This document shows positions 10,915 to 20,757 of a DNA stretch of 64,000 bases, piece by piece (position 1 is the stretch's first letter; every line of letters starts with the position of its first letter). The stretch spans positions 1,728,001-1,792,000 of the forward strand of contig CBDEGZ010000003.1 of NCBI GenBank assembly GCA_965238175.1. The letters are read 5' to 3'. This stretch comes from Gammaproteobacteria bacterium. Lineage in GTDB: Bacteria > Pseudomonadota > Gammaproteobacteria > CAJXQU01. The notes under the pieces were generated by a model. The model saw only the letters and a program-made list of their open reading frames with translations. It did not search any database and was not told where the DNA came from. A program made the position numbers and the translations under genes.

Positions 10915-10915
10915 T

Positions 10916-11296
10916 ATGCATCTTGGACATTTATACATTCATAACGGCGCGGTGATCACACACCGCGATTCTTTCATGTTGGACAGCATTTCGGTGGTGA
11001 GTGTACGCCGCCCCTATCTCGGAGGTGCGTGGCTACTGAGCTTGTCTTTATTCGGATTTGGGATTGCCTTTTTCGATTTACTGTATGGCAGCGAAGTGTT
11101 TGTACTGACCGCGATCGGTTGTGCGTTGTTGTTGGTTGGCTCTTACATAGGACAGTTGAGTTTGTTATCACGGGACTTAAAAGGCACTGAGTTGTCCAGT
11201 GCGATTTGGGGTACACCATGGTCATTAGATCTCATGAGACGAAAGATAGTGAAAGCACGTCAAGAAGCCTTGGCAGGAGAAGATCATGAAAAATAA
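10916..11296 (+). CDS. Hypothetical membrane protein
   Basis: AGGAG RBS before ATG 10916; two TM segments. Confidence 0.65.
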   Translation: MHLGHLYIHNGAVITHRDSFMLDSISVVSVRRPYLGGAWLLSLSLFGFGIAFFDLLYGSEVFVLTAIGCALLLVGSYIGQLSLLSRDLKGTELSSAIWGTPWSLDLMRRKIVKARQEALAGEDHEK

Positions 11297-11606
11297 TCAT
11301 AGTAATGAATTAATAAAAAGTGCCACCGGCACGATTGTCAAAATCAATCTGCATTTTTTACAAGCGGTCGTATTCGGTTTGATTGCCTGGTGGTGCTACC
11401 CCGAGAGACCCTTTGATATTGGCTGGGGATTGGTGTCGTTCATTTGTGTCTTGGTGGTACTGGCAGCTATCGCGAGTGCCATCAGAGACATGAGCAAACT
11501 TTACCAACGTGACAATACCATCAAGGCGTATTTACAACAGGGTGCACAACCCAAAACCTCCACATTAGCCAATGATGATATTCAGAAAAAAGCGGGGATG
11601 CGGTAA
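11286..11606 (+). CDS. Two-TM protein resembling a detached VirD4 membrane anchor
   Basis: Two TM segments followed by ..TSTLANDDIQKKAGM, similar to the post-anchor GSARWA..DLKKAGL segment of VirD4/TraG. Confidence 0.55.
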   Translation: MKNNHSNELIKSATGTIVKINLHFLQAVVFGLIAWWCYPERPFDIGWGLVSFICVLVVLAAIASAIRDMSKLYQRDNTIKAYLQQGAQPKTSTLANDDIQKKAGMR

Positions 11607-11863
11607 TGGATAAGTCAAACAAAAATCATTCTGAAGTGTGTGCTGATGATAAACCCCTATCAGAACACAAACTCCTTCTTGCTAACCCTGCATGGGAAGA
11701 CGGCGACAAGAGTTGTTTAAATGACGATCTCTCTTTTGTGACGGATGCGATTTATTCCGCGTTGCTAGACCCTTCGCCGTATGACGGCAATCAATATTGG
11801 CGTGGTGAGCCGCGTACTCTTTTGGCTTTCCAGTTATTACAGCTTACGGATGTGGACAAATGA
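11606..11863 (+). CDS. Small protein paralogous to an internal segment of the adjacent coupling protein
   Basis: GNQYWRGEPRTLLAF aligns with KNEYWRTEPRALIEF in 11860..13254. Confidence 0.5.
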   Translation: MDKSNKNHSEVCADDKPLSEHKLLLANPAWEDGDKSCLNDDLSFVTDAIYSALLDPSPYDGNQYWRGEPRTLLAFQLLQLTDVDK

Positions 11864-13254
11864 GCCCGTCAACCAAACGCATCCTTGGACTGACCTTTGA
11901 TGGTGAGCCCATCTTCGCACCTAAACACGCTCATAGCCTGTTACTCAGTGCAGCCGGTGGCGGTAAGACCACCTGTGGCGCAATGCCCTGGTTGCAATCA
12001 CTCATTGCCGATACGGATCGTACGATTCTCGTCACCGACAGCAAAGATTGTGAAATGGCGGCACAGGCTATTGCGATGTGCCTTGAGGCGGGACGCAAAG
12101 TCGCCTACGTCGATAGTTTTGCCAGGCTAGGTAAAGACAATCCTTATCGCATTTCACCGAATCCGTTTGGTGGTGTGGTCAGTGCGTATCAAAAGAATAA
12201 TGGCGAGTTGTTGTTTGCCACCGAGAATGCCTGTCATGCTCTGATCGAAGAACCCTCTGATGATGCCAAAAATGAATATTGGCGTACTGAGCCTCGCGCC
12301 CTGATCGAATTTTGTTTGAACTCGTTGCTGGTGCGTAATATTCGGTTGGCCACACCGGGCGGTGTTTGGGCATTGCTGGCAAATCCTGAGATGCTACTTG
12401 AGGTTGCCGCTATCGAAGCGGAAGAAGGCGATGATGCCATGAAAGCACTCGCCAACCATGTGCTTGGTATGGCAAAAAACGAAGAGCACTACTCGCAACA
12501 CCGTGCCGCTGCTACCAAAGCTTTACGTATCTATGCGTCAAATTCAGCCCTGCATCAATCCGGCGTCGGTGAAGTCATAACCCATGAGAAATTGATTGAG
12601 GAGAACTACGTCGTTTTCCTCGGTGGACCTGTTAAATACATGGAACGCCTTGGGGCTGATTATGCATTGCAACTGCAAAGCTTTATGGAGGTAGTGTTAT
12701 CGGGTGAAAGTGGTCCCGTCAGTTTTATTCTGGATGAATTTACCAATGCGCCTTTAAAGGCATTGATCTCACAACTGACCACCATGCGCGGCTATGGTGG
12801 CACCTGCCACATGATAGCCCAATCCCGCTCAGAAATAGAACGCAAATACGGCAAAAAAGAAACCCTGACCATTGATGAAAACAGTGTCATTAAACAGTGG
12901 TTTGGTTTTTCATCGTTTGATGAAGCAGAAAAAGTCAGTCGTGCCATGGGTGAGACCTTGAGTGTCTCATCCAGCATTGGCGTGAACTCCGACAAGGTGG
13001 ATTTTTCCGGGAACTACAGTACCGGAAAAGAGCGGCTTTACACGCCAGACATGTTGATGAGCCTGCCACCGGATGAACAAATTCTTTATGTGAAAGGTGT
13101 AGGGTTTATTCATTGTAAAGAAATCGTTCAGAACGAAATTGCACCGAGCTGTACTTACCTGACGGATAACCCCATGGAAGGGGAACGCTTGCTACCTAAT
13201 CCGAAAGTGAGATTGCCCTTTCCCCATGAAAAAGATAAGGAGGGAAAATCATGA
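11860..13254 (+). CDS. Type IV coupling protein (VirD4/TraG family), no TM anchor
   Basis: ILG...HSLLLSAAGGGKT, VTDSKDCE, FILDEF, RGYG, AQS..ERKYG, LYTPDMLMSLP. Confidence 0.85.
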   Translation: MSPSTKRILGLTFDGEPIFAPKHAHSLLLSAAGGGKTTCGAMPWLQSLIADTDRTILVTDSKDCEMAAQAIAMCLEAGRKVAYVDSFARLGKDNPYRISPNPFGGVVSAYQKNNGELLFATENACHALIEEPSDDAKNEYWRTEPRALIEFCLNSLLVRNIRLATPGGVWALLANPEMLLEVAAIEAEEGDDAMKALANHVLGMAKNEEHYSQHRAAATKALRIYASNSALHQSGVGEVITHEKLIEENYVVFLGGPVKYMERLGADYALQLQSFMEVVLSGESGPVSFILDEFTNAPLKALISQLTTMRGYGGTCHMIAQSRSEIERKYGKKETLTIDENSVIKQWFGFSSFDEAEKVSRAMGETLSVSSSIGVNSDKVDFSGNYSTGKERLYTPDMLMSLPPDEQILYVKGVGFIHCKEIVQNEIAPSCTYLTDNPMEGERLLPNPKVRLPFPHEKDKEGKS

Positions 13255-13517
13255 AACAAGTTCGATTTTTACGACCCAGTTATTTTATCTGGATATTGAT
13301 CTTGTTGGGCTTATGGTTGTTCACAGTGACCGCAGGTTTACCCCATTTTCGCTGGTCTTATGACTGGCGCGATGATGGGCAAAGCTACGATCCACATGCG
13401 GAACGACATTACACGCGATGTACTTATCTCGGTCCTTATGGACAGTTCACCCTACATCCAATGAATGGGCACTGTGCGTTTATCCGCTTTGAAAAGAAAG
13501 CGGCTGGAGGTGCTTAA
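13251..13517 (+). CDS. Hypothetical protein
   Basis: Coupled to the T4CP (ATGA overlap); TM segment and a CTYLG motif. Confidence 0.6.
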   Translation: MKQVRFLRPSYFIWILILLGLWLFTVTAGLPHFRWSYDWRDDGQSYDPHAERHYTRCTYLGPYGQFTLHPMNGHCAFIRFEKKAAGGA

Positions 13518-13774
13518 TGCCCAGCCACCAGCCTTACCCAAGGCGTCTGTTTACGGTGTTTGAGACGGTGCTTTTGTATCAGCTCTTTTCGTGCCAGTGC
13601 CTTCAACCCAAACAGCACGGTCTCCATCGGGACAATGCTTTCTGCCATTTGTTGCTCACAATGTGCGCGATCTTGAAGTGTGAGGTCAAACGGTTTTACA
13701 GCGTACCAGAAGCCCTGATAGTCCATTGGCTCAAGCCACTGTTCAACGTCTTCTATGTCGTTAAATTGTTGCAT
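13514..13774 (-). CDS. Hypothetical protein
   Basis: 86-aa ORF with a plausible composition. Confidence 0.55.
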   Translation of the reverse strand: MQQFNDIEDVEQWLEPMDYQGFWYAVKPFDLTLQDRAHCEQQMAESIVPMETVLFGLKALARKELIQKHRLKHRKQTPWVRLVAGH

Positions 13775-13836
13775 CTTTCCACGCTAGCATTTTTGGAAGC
13801 ATCACTTCAAGAAAAATCGTTATGGAGGGATTTAAG

Positions 13837-14328
13837 ATGGGATCCAGTATTACCGAAGCATTAGAACGCACCTTTAATCTTGCTGCTTTGCGTCGTGAAG
13901 CGACCGCGTTACACACGACAACAGACTGGCAAGAACTTAAAGAGATCCGTTCTCGCTATGAACAGTAGACAGGCGTGATGAAGCAACGTCATGAGGAAGA
14001 GTATGGCACACGCGTCAACAACGTCGTGCGCCAACTGATGGATAAAGCAGCGGGTAAAAACCGTGACTTTACACATCGAGAGTTTGGGGCTGACAAGTTC
14101 GATAAAACAGCATTAACCCGTGAAGCTCATCGTCATGTCCAGTTTCAGAATCTGAAAGAAATGGATCAATTGGCAGACAACGAAATTCAAGAATTGGATG
14201 CACTGATTAAAAAAGCCCAACAACGGGACAGTTTACTCAACAAACCTACGCAGGATTTTAATCAGGCAACGGATCGGCGTGATAGCCAAGAGCGTCGTCT
14301 CAACACACCTCGGCATCGTCGCCGATAA
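13837..14328 (+). pseudogene. Helical mobilisation-associated protein with an in-frame stop
   Basis: GGAGG RBS and ATG 13837, a TAG at 13966-13968, then the same frame continues as the 13975..14328 ORF with an Arg-rich C-terminus. Confidence 0.6.
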
Positions 14329-14356
14329 TTAGTTAATCAACATAGGAGAAAAGGTT

Positions 14357-15040
14357 ATGAATCAACTCTACGACAATCAAGAACGAGATCGCGTTCTTAA
14401 AGCCCGTGAAAGTTTTTCTGGAAGATTACTCACCGACAGTCAGTTTGATGAGGCCATTGCTATTACCGGCATTATGGAGCGGGAGATCAAAAAAAGCGGT
14501 ACCTTTAAGCTAAAGCTCGGTGATTATGCCCATGCCTACGCACGTACCGAAAAGTTTGATCACGTGAAAGCCGAAACCACTATTCGTGAGTTATTCACGG
14601 CACGTTGTGGGCAGACCATGAATCAGATGCGTGAAGGCATGATGGCGCGTGAAGCAAAACTGCTAGGGCGTGAAGGCAAATCGCCTGAACAGCAGCCCGT
14701 CAAACCTCAACTCTCTGATACAGAAAAGCAACGTGCTTCTCAAGCCGCTAAGGACGTCGGTCAAATGATCCAAGAAGGCAATAAGATGGCTTTTCACCGC
14801 GCTTATGCTCATCAAGCGATAACGTTAGCACAAGATTTTAAGATCACCGAAACGGGTGCGAAAACGCTAATGAAAGAGCAGTTCAAGCAAGTTGAAAACC
14901 GAGATCTCTATACGTGGGGTAAGGAGCAGGAAGAAAAATACTATCGTCCCCAAATCAAGGCAGAGCAGGAAGCGCGTGAAGCCAAACGAGATAAACATAA
15001 TCCGGCTGAAATGAAACAGGCTCCGTCTCGTGCAAGATAA
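14357..15040 (+). CDS. Hypothetical protein (charged, basic C-terminus)
   Basis: 227-aa ORF with an RBS, ending in PSRAR. Confidence 0.7.
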   Translation: MNQLYDNQERDRVLKARESFSGRLLTDSQFDEAIAITGIMEREIKKSGTFKLKLGDYAHAYARTEKFDHVKAETTIRELFTARCGQTMNQMREGMMAREAKLLGREGKSPEQQPVKPQLSDTEKQRASQAAKDVGQMIQEGNKMAFHRAYAHQAITLAQDFKITETGAKTLMKEQFKQVENRDLYTWGKEQEEKYYRPQIKAEQEAREAKRDKHNPAEMKQAPSRAR

Positions 15041-15223
15041 GGAGTAAATAAAGTCAGGCTTGATGTAGCGCGAAGATAATAATTTCATGATCAAAAACGC
15101 AATAATCTTACGCGCTATTTTCTTGCTGAAACTAGGAATATATGTCTATAGTGTTCTGCTTATGTTCTTGCATTGTGTGAGACAAAAAACGTAAGGAGAA
15201 ACGCGAACGAAACGGAGACAAGA

Positions 15224-15532
15224 ATGAAAGAACATGAGAGAGAAACACCCAACCCATCTCTGAGGCTTGATCCGGATAAATACCGCGCCCACCTGAAGGA
15301 GATGGAACTCAATACTGAGCAGGAAAATGAACTGTTACACATTCTCTGGAACATCATGACCGCGATGGTCGATATTGGTTTTGGTGACCATTCTGTCCAG
15401 ACGGTGATGGACTCTTTGGTAAAAGATGCTTCCTCTGAGTCACCCGATACGCTACAAAAGAAGTGTAATCCCATCAAAGCTAATCAGACCGCGTTTGATA
15501 ATATCGCAAATAAGGAGAGCCACTATGAATGA
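15224..15532 (+). CDS. Hypothetical protein coupled to the recombinase (possible directionality factor)
   Basis: LWNIMTAMVDIGFG motif; the stop overlaps the recombinase start region. Confidence 0.6.
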   Translation: MKEHERETPNPSLRLDPDKYRAHLKEMELNTEQENELLHILWNIMTAMVDIGFGDHSVQTVMDSLVKDASSESPDTLQKKCNPIKANQTAFDNIANKESHYE

Positions 15533-17105
15533 TGAAGACAACCAACAACACGCCGTCATTTATTGCCGTGTTTCCAGTGCTCAGCAGAAAACGCGGGGCG
15601 ATGGATTAAACTCCCAGAAAACACGCTGCCGTGAATACGCCAAATATAAGGGTTATACGGTAGAAAAAGTCTTTACCGATGATATGTCGGGAAGCGTGAC
15701 CAAACGCCCAGGTATGCAAGCGATGTTGAGTCACTTGCGAAAATGCAAGCATCCGCGTGTGGTGCTCATTGATGATATTTCAAGGCTGGCACGGGGCATC
15801 GAAGCACATCTACAACTGCGAAGTGCCATTTCAAATACGGGTGCGACGCTAGAATCACCTTCGATTGAGTTTGGGGAAGACTCTGACTCTATCCTTGTTG
15901 AAAACATGCTCGCCAGTGTGTCACAACATCAACGACAAAAGAACTCAGAGCAGACGCTTAATCGTATGAAAGCACGATTGAGTAATGGTTACTGGGTTTT
16001 TCAAGCACCCATTGGTTACCGCTATGAAAAGGCAGGGCAGGGCAAAAAACTGGTACGGGATGAGCCTGTGGCCACCATCATACAAGAAGCTTTGGAAGGT
16101 TACGCCAATGGACGCTTTCAAATACAGGCAGAAGTGAAACGCTTTCTTGAAAGCTTTCCTGAATATCCCCGAGACAATCTGGGTGAAGTACGCAATCAAC
16201 GGGTTACACAGTTACTGACACGTGTGATGTATGCAGGCTATGTCGAGAATGAGGATTGGTCTATCAGTTTGCGTAAAGGGCAGCATGACCCTCTGATTAG
16301 TTTTGAGACCTATCAGAAAAACCAAACACGGTTAAACAGTGCGGCGAGAGTGCCAGCCCGTAAAAACCTGAATGTGGATTTTCCACTACGCGGCTTTGTG
16401 ACCTGCGGTGATTGCGATCACCCGCTGACCGCTTGCTGGTCAAAAGGAAAGAGCAAGAAATATCCTTATTATCTCTGTCATCACCGTGGCTGTGACAGCT
16501 ACCGTAAGTCTATTCCTCGTGATGAGGTTGAAGGGGAGTTTGATGAATTGGTTAAAAGTTTACGACCGACTGAAAGTCTATTTGGGGTGGCGAAAGTAAT
16601 CTTAAGTGATCTATGGGAGCACCGTCTTAAAAGCGTTGTTTCAAGAACACAGTCGATTAAAAAAGAACTCAAAAAAATTGAGAAACAAACAGAGCAGTTC
16701 CTTGACCGCATTGTGGATTCCAATAGCTCGACGGTAGTAACTGCCTATGAGGAACGCATTACTAGACTGGAGAAAAGAAAGATGGTTATCGAAGAAAAAC
16801 TACAACATAGTGGCAAATCCAAACATACCTTTGACGAAATGTTCGAACACGCCATGCAATTCCTCTCAAACCCTTGGAAACTATGGGCTTCTGACCGTCT
16901 AGAACTCAAACATACGGTGCTAAAACTCGCCTTTGCAGACCGATTGGCGTATTACCGAAATAAGGGTTTTCGAACACCCGAAAACACCTTACCTTTCAAG
17001 GCTTTAAGGGGTTTTTGTGGGAGTGAAAACAAAGTGGCGCGCCCTGAAGGATTCGAACCTCCGACCACCTGGTTCGAAGCTCGACCTTCTATTGTAACCT
17101 ATTGA
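15525..17105 (+). CDS. Large serine recombinase (resolvase + recombinase + Zn ribbon)
   Basis: AVIYCRVSS..Q, DDISRLAR, PIGY, LRGFVTCGDC..YYLC. TAAGGAG RBS before ATG 15525. Confidence 0.93.
   Translation: MNDEDNQQHAVIYCRVSSAQQKTRGDGLNSQKTRCREYAKYKGYTVEKVFTDDMSGSVTKRPGMQAMLSHLRKCKHPRVVLIDDISRLARGIEAHLQLRSAISNTGATLESPSIEFGEDSDSILVENMLASVSQHQRQKNSEQTLNRMKARLSNGYWVFQAPIGYRYEKAGQGKKLVRDEPVATIIQEALEGYANGRFQIQAEVKRFLESFPEYPRDNLGEVRNQRVTQLLTRVMYAGYVENEDWSISLRKGQHDPLISFETYQKNQTRLNSAARVPARKNLNVDFPLRGFVTCGDCDHPLTACWSKGKSKKYPYYLCHHRGCDSYRKSIPRDEVEGEFDELVKSLRPTESLFGVAKVILSDLWEHRLKSVVSRTQSIKKELKKIEKQTEQFLDRIVDSNSSTVVTAYEERITRLEKRKMVIEEKLQHSGKSKHTFDEMFEHAMQFLSNPWKLWASDRLELKHTVLKLAFADRLAYYRNKGFRTPENTLPFKALRGFCGSENKVARPEGFEPPTTWFEARPSIVTY
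17035..17080 (-). repeat. att site: 46-bp copy of the tRNA-Arg 3' half
   Basis: TGGCGCGCCCTGAAGGATTCGAACCTCCGACCACCTGGTTCGAAGC is identical to 53869-53914. Confidence 0.97.
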
Positions 17106-17274
17106 TATTATTAAACCTAAAAGACGGCGTTCGTTGCTGATTTTGTCGGACAAGGTACTACAAAGTTGTACTGTTGTTGGAAATCTGTCGGAAATAACTG
17201 TTTGTTTTTGTCACGTCTTATACCTATAGAAAAACTTTTAATTCCATGAAGGTTTTTAGTTTCATCTTCACCAG

Positions 17275-17613
17275 GTCCTGAAAGCGGTTACTTTTCATTC
17301 TGACCAGGGGGCCAGTACACCAGCAAACGGTTTTTACTTCAGTTAGATACTTATCGAATGACACAAAGCATGAGCCGCCGCAGCAATTGCTGGGATAATG
17401 CACCGATGAAACGCTTCTTCAGGAGTTACAAATCGGAGTGGATGCCAGAGTACGGCTATATCAACTTTGACCACGCACAAAAATATATTGCTGATTATAT
17501 GAGTTACTACAACTAAGAACGAGGACACAGTTATAAGCAGTACTTGGCGCCTGCTTTAGCTGAGGTCGCATAAATCGGCGCAGCTTTGGGTACGGAAAAA
17601 CTTGACTACTACA
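17275..17613 (+). pseudogene. IS3 family transposase 3' remnant with right end
   Basis: FHSDQGGQYTS and QSMSRRSNCWDNAPMKRFFRSYKSEW in broken frames; ends ...CTTGACTACTACA. Confidence 0.8.
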
Positions 17614-17761
17614 AAGCTGAATCAACCTAGAACATATATTTCTTACATGTTACAGGAGAAAACTTATGTCAGGTTACCTCTTTCATTTTATTGCGAAAAA
17701 TAATTTCCAACTTCTCTTATACAAATTTTAGATTAAATACCCATTAGGAAAGAGCAATAGC

Positions 17762-19453
17762 TTACTGGTAATGGCTAAATTTTCCAGTAGACTCTATATA
17801 ATATAAAAATCCATCATATGAACTCGCAAGCACGGATGATGTCCCCATTGAAGGACATAAACAAGAAATACCGGATGTAGTTGGGCGAACCATTATTTTC
17901 CAATCATTTTTATCAAACTCATAAAAAGCTATAGTTCCATCATAACTACCTGTAACTATAAATTTTCCGCACGATGATATCGAAACGCATTTGACAGAAT
18001 GCTTGTGTGGTGTGGGTATGCACTTAGGATTAAGCTTGTTCCATATGCGTAAAACTCTGTCTCTACTAACTGTTGCAAATCTACCATCGGGAATTAAACA
18101 AACTCCATTAGCAATTTGATTATGAGCATTTTCGAGGTTAATTGTTTTATATGTTAGCCTAGTATCAATTATAGAAGCATCACCCGATGCGCTAACGCTA
18201 AAAATTATTTGATTATAATTAGCAATCCCTTTTACAGCCTGTTCATGAAGTTTATGGATCTTTCTTACAACTGGTATATTTTTATCTGTTAACCCCAGTT
18301 GTATACCTTCACCAGTATATGTACCTATCAAAAGATCATTATTTTCAAGAACGGTAGCGCAATTTAATGGAGAATGATGCTGATAAAGTATATCCCCTTT
18401 AAGATTGAATAATATTCCTAGTTGCCCTCCGAATACTAATTGATCTATCCAAACGACAATGAAATTGCAAAGGCTTTGTAATTCAGAAACGATCTTATTA
18501 TCAACTTTAACTTGCCCCGAGTCTCCTACAGAATATACTTTATCTTTAAAAACTGTAATTGAATTTATTCCATTCGTATCTTTTACTTTTTGTAAATTCC
18601 ATGTAGATAGGTTTGGATCAAAGGTTGCGTACGTAGATCCAAATGTAGACATAACAACGTTTCCATTATTATCAAAATCAGCGCTACGAGGCCAAATTAA
18701 TGGAGGCATTATAGTACTACAACACTCCTGAATTCTGCCTTGTTCTTCTAGTCGCCAAAGTCGCAGACTTCGATCATAACTACTACTAAGCATTAATTTT
18801 TTTTTGTTATCTATTACTAAGCGTTTTATACCTGCACGATGAGATTTGAAATGATTTCTCTTATTCCCATAAATTGACACAATCTCTCCAAGATCATTAC
18901 CAACAAAGACCCATCCATCATCGCAAACAGCAATTGTGTCAGTTTCGATACCATCTAGATCTACTGTTTTAAAAAGTGAACCATTATATGGGTTCCATTG
19001 TTTTACGGTACCATCATCGCTACTTGAAAAAAGATAATCACCATCTTTAGTCCAGCATACAGAGATTACATCGGACTCATGTCCATATATCCTGCGAACT
19101 AATTTTCCTTCAATGTTAAATATGCGGACAATATGATCTCGGCATGCGGTGGCGACGAAATGCCCAGATGGACAAATTGAAGCCATTTCAACATCATCAG
19201 TATGATCGTTCAGTACTGCTAATAGTCTCAGGTCTGATGTATCCCAAATTCTTGCACTATAATCACTACTAGCACTTGCAAGTAGGCCCCCTGAAAGGTC
19301 AAAACTACAGCTATTAACTAGGTGATCGTGGTGTACTGAACCTAAAGGCGTATACTCCTGCCACAAAATGATTTTATTATCGTATCCAGCTGTAGCAATA
19401 TCACCCAACGAGCTAACCGTTACGCAACTAATTGGAGCTTGATGTTCAATCAA
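17762..19453 (-). CDS. WD40 repeat protein, ToxC-like (toxoflavin pathway homologue)
   Basis: H.API..ATAGYDN.IILW..HDHLVN..SASSDYSARIW..H.DDVEMA..H..DVISV.W..SSSDDGT..ETDT motifs and a 563-aa length, as recalled for ToxC. Confidence 0.8.
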   Translation of the reverse strand: MIEHQAPISCVTVSSLGDIATAGYDNKIILWQEYTPLGSVHHDHLVNSCSFDLSGGLLASASSDYSARIWDTSDLRLLAVLNDHTDDVEMASICPSGHFVATACRDHIVRIFNIEGKLVRRIYGHESDVISVCWTKDGDYLFSSSDDGTVKQWNPYNGSLFKTVDLDGIETDTIAVCDDGWVFVGNDLGEIVSIYGNKRNHFKSHRAGIKRLVIDNKKKLMLSSSYDRSLRLWRLEEQGRIQECCSTIMPPLIWPRSADFDNNGNVVMSTFGSTYATFDPNLSTWNLQKVKDTNGINSITVFKDKVYSVGDSGQVKVDNKIVSELQSLCNFIVVWIDQLVFGGQLGILFNLKGDILYQHHSPLNCATVLENNDLLIGTYTGEGIQLGLTDKNIPVVRKIHKLHEQAVKGIANYNQIIFSVSASGDASIIDTRLTYKTINLENAHNQIANGVCLIPDGRFATVSRDRVLRIWNKLNPKCIPTPHKHSVKCVSISSCGKFIVTGSYDGTIAFYEFDKNDWKIMVRPTTSGISCLCPSMGTSSVLASSYDGFLYYIESTGKFSHYQ

Positions 19454-20249
19454 AGCTGTAGGCTCCCTTTTTTGAACATACTAATCGAAATCCCGTAACG
19501 CGAAACATGAATCCAGGATGTGGGCCATGCCGGCGGCTCGAACGTGTTAGATCTCCTCCAAGCTCAAAAGAACCTCCACGTAGAATAGAATAGTTTTTAC
19601 CTAATAATTTAATTAAGTCATCTTCAATAAGTTGACCACCAGGGTATGGTGTATAAATACTTGATGTCCATTCTTCAATATTCCCTGCAAGATCATATAC
19701 ACCACACCATGAGACTCCATTTTGATATGCATTGACAGGAGTACTAGATTTAATTTTACTTTCGATAGTATTACAGCAATTTTTGTCGAAGGCATTTCCA
19801 AAAGGATAACGCAAATTTTCTGGGCCAGAGGCCATCCATTCCCATTCAGCTTCAGTAGGTAAGCGCCAGTCATTTCCATCAAGATAACTAATCCATTTGG
19901 CAAAACTACTTGCTTCTTCTAATTTCACACCCCATACAGGGTGATCATCGGGTAAATTTTTTTCTAATGATTCAGGAAAAGGCAATCCCATCTCTTCTGC
20001 ATATAAACTATACTGTAAATTTGTGACGGGATACATCCAAGATATGAAGGATGGTAAATTGACAATATGCTCTGGGTACTCCTTCATTATCCATGCTTGA
20101 AACTTTGATTTATAGCTAGAATCAACTAAACAATCTTTCCATTCCTCAACACAATAACCAACTTCTTCAATATTTGAGCCCATACTAAGCGCTCCACCTG
20201 GAACTACAATAATATTTGAATAAATATAATTTATTAGGCTATTACTCAT
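19446..20249 (-). CDS. FGE-sulfatase/SUMF1-domain protein, ToxD-like
   Basis: WIMKEYP.H, YPVTN, HPV, RLPTEAEWE, DLAGNIEE, Y.PYPGG..I.D.L, RGGSF..R.SRRHG, GFRL. Confidence 0.8.
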   Translation of the reverse strand: MSNSLINYIYSNIIVVPGGALSMGSNIEEVGYCVEEWKDCLVDSSYKSKFQAWIMKEYPEHIVNLPSFISWMYPVTNLQYSLYAEEMGLPFPESLEKNLPDDHPVWGVKLEEASSFAKWISYLDGNDWRLPTEAEWEWMASGPENLRYPFGNAFDKNCCNTIESKIKSSTPVNAYQNGVSWCGVYDLAGNIEEWTSSIYTPYPGGQLIEDDLIKLLGKNYSILRGGSFELGGDLTRSSRRHGPHPGFMFRVTGFRLVCSKKGAYSFD

Positions 20250-20385
20250 ATTAGATGAATATAAATTATTAGTATTGAAAATATATTTAAATTAATCATC
20301 AGGTATTCTTGTTAGAAATATCATGGATGACAATGGAGGTTTTTTTTAAGTTATTAGATTAAATATATCATTTGTAGCAACTCAT

Positions 20386-20721
20386 TTACTTTATTCTATG
20401 TTCAATCATGTCTATATAAATATCACCGTAAACATCTGCATATAGTTCTTCAGAAACTTCTGACATTAGTTTTTTTAACTCTATCATCCTGTATGAATTT
20501 CGTTTGGGTTTTTTCCATTCTTTTTCAGACGGCCATAATGCATATGCAAACCATGTTCTATCAACGCCTTGGTGAAGGCAAGATCCTAATCCACCAAGAT
20601 CCTGACGAATAATTAAAGTTAGCTCTGACCAAGCATCAATAAATTGCTGCTCACGTCCTTCAGATACCTTCCAAGTATAAACTACAGCAAACATAAAAAT
20701 ATCAAGTTCATATGTGTTCAA
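20386..20721 (-). CDS. Antibiotic-biosynthesis monooxygenase (ABM) domain protein
   Basis: FAVVYTWKV.EGRE.QF..AW...GLGS.LH...AYALWPS. Confidence 0.75.
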   Translation of the reverse strand: MNTYELDIFMFAVVYTWKVSEGREQQFIDAWSELTLIIRQDLGGLGSCLHQGVDRTWFAYALWPSEKEWKKPKRNSYRMIELKKLMSEVSEELYADVYGDIYIDMIEHRIK

Positions 20722-20757
20722 TTCATTCTTTCTAACATGTACAAAGTAAAATTACTT

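Larger units (their letters stand above)
4188..17080. mobile_element. Element A: serine-recombinase integrative element at the tRNA-Arg 3' end (left boundary uncertain)
   Basis: A large serine recombinase abuts the tRNA-Arg fragment, and there is a VirD4-like gene. The left part ends at IS481. Confidence 0.6.

Noticed and set aside
17035-17080. Second tRNA-Arg gene
   Set aside because: Only the 3' 46 nt are present, so this is an att duplication.
19446-20249. DGR target (FGE/C-type lectin fold) or true formylglycine-generating enzyme
   Set aside because: There is no reverse transcriptase or template repeat, and the catalytic CxxxxC of FGE is absent.
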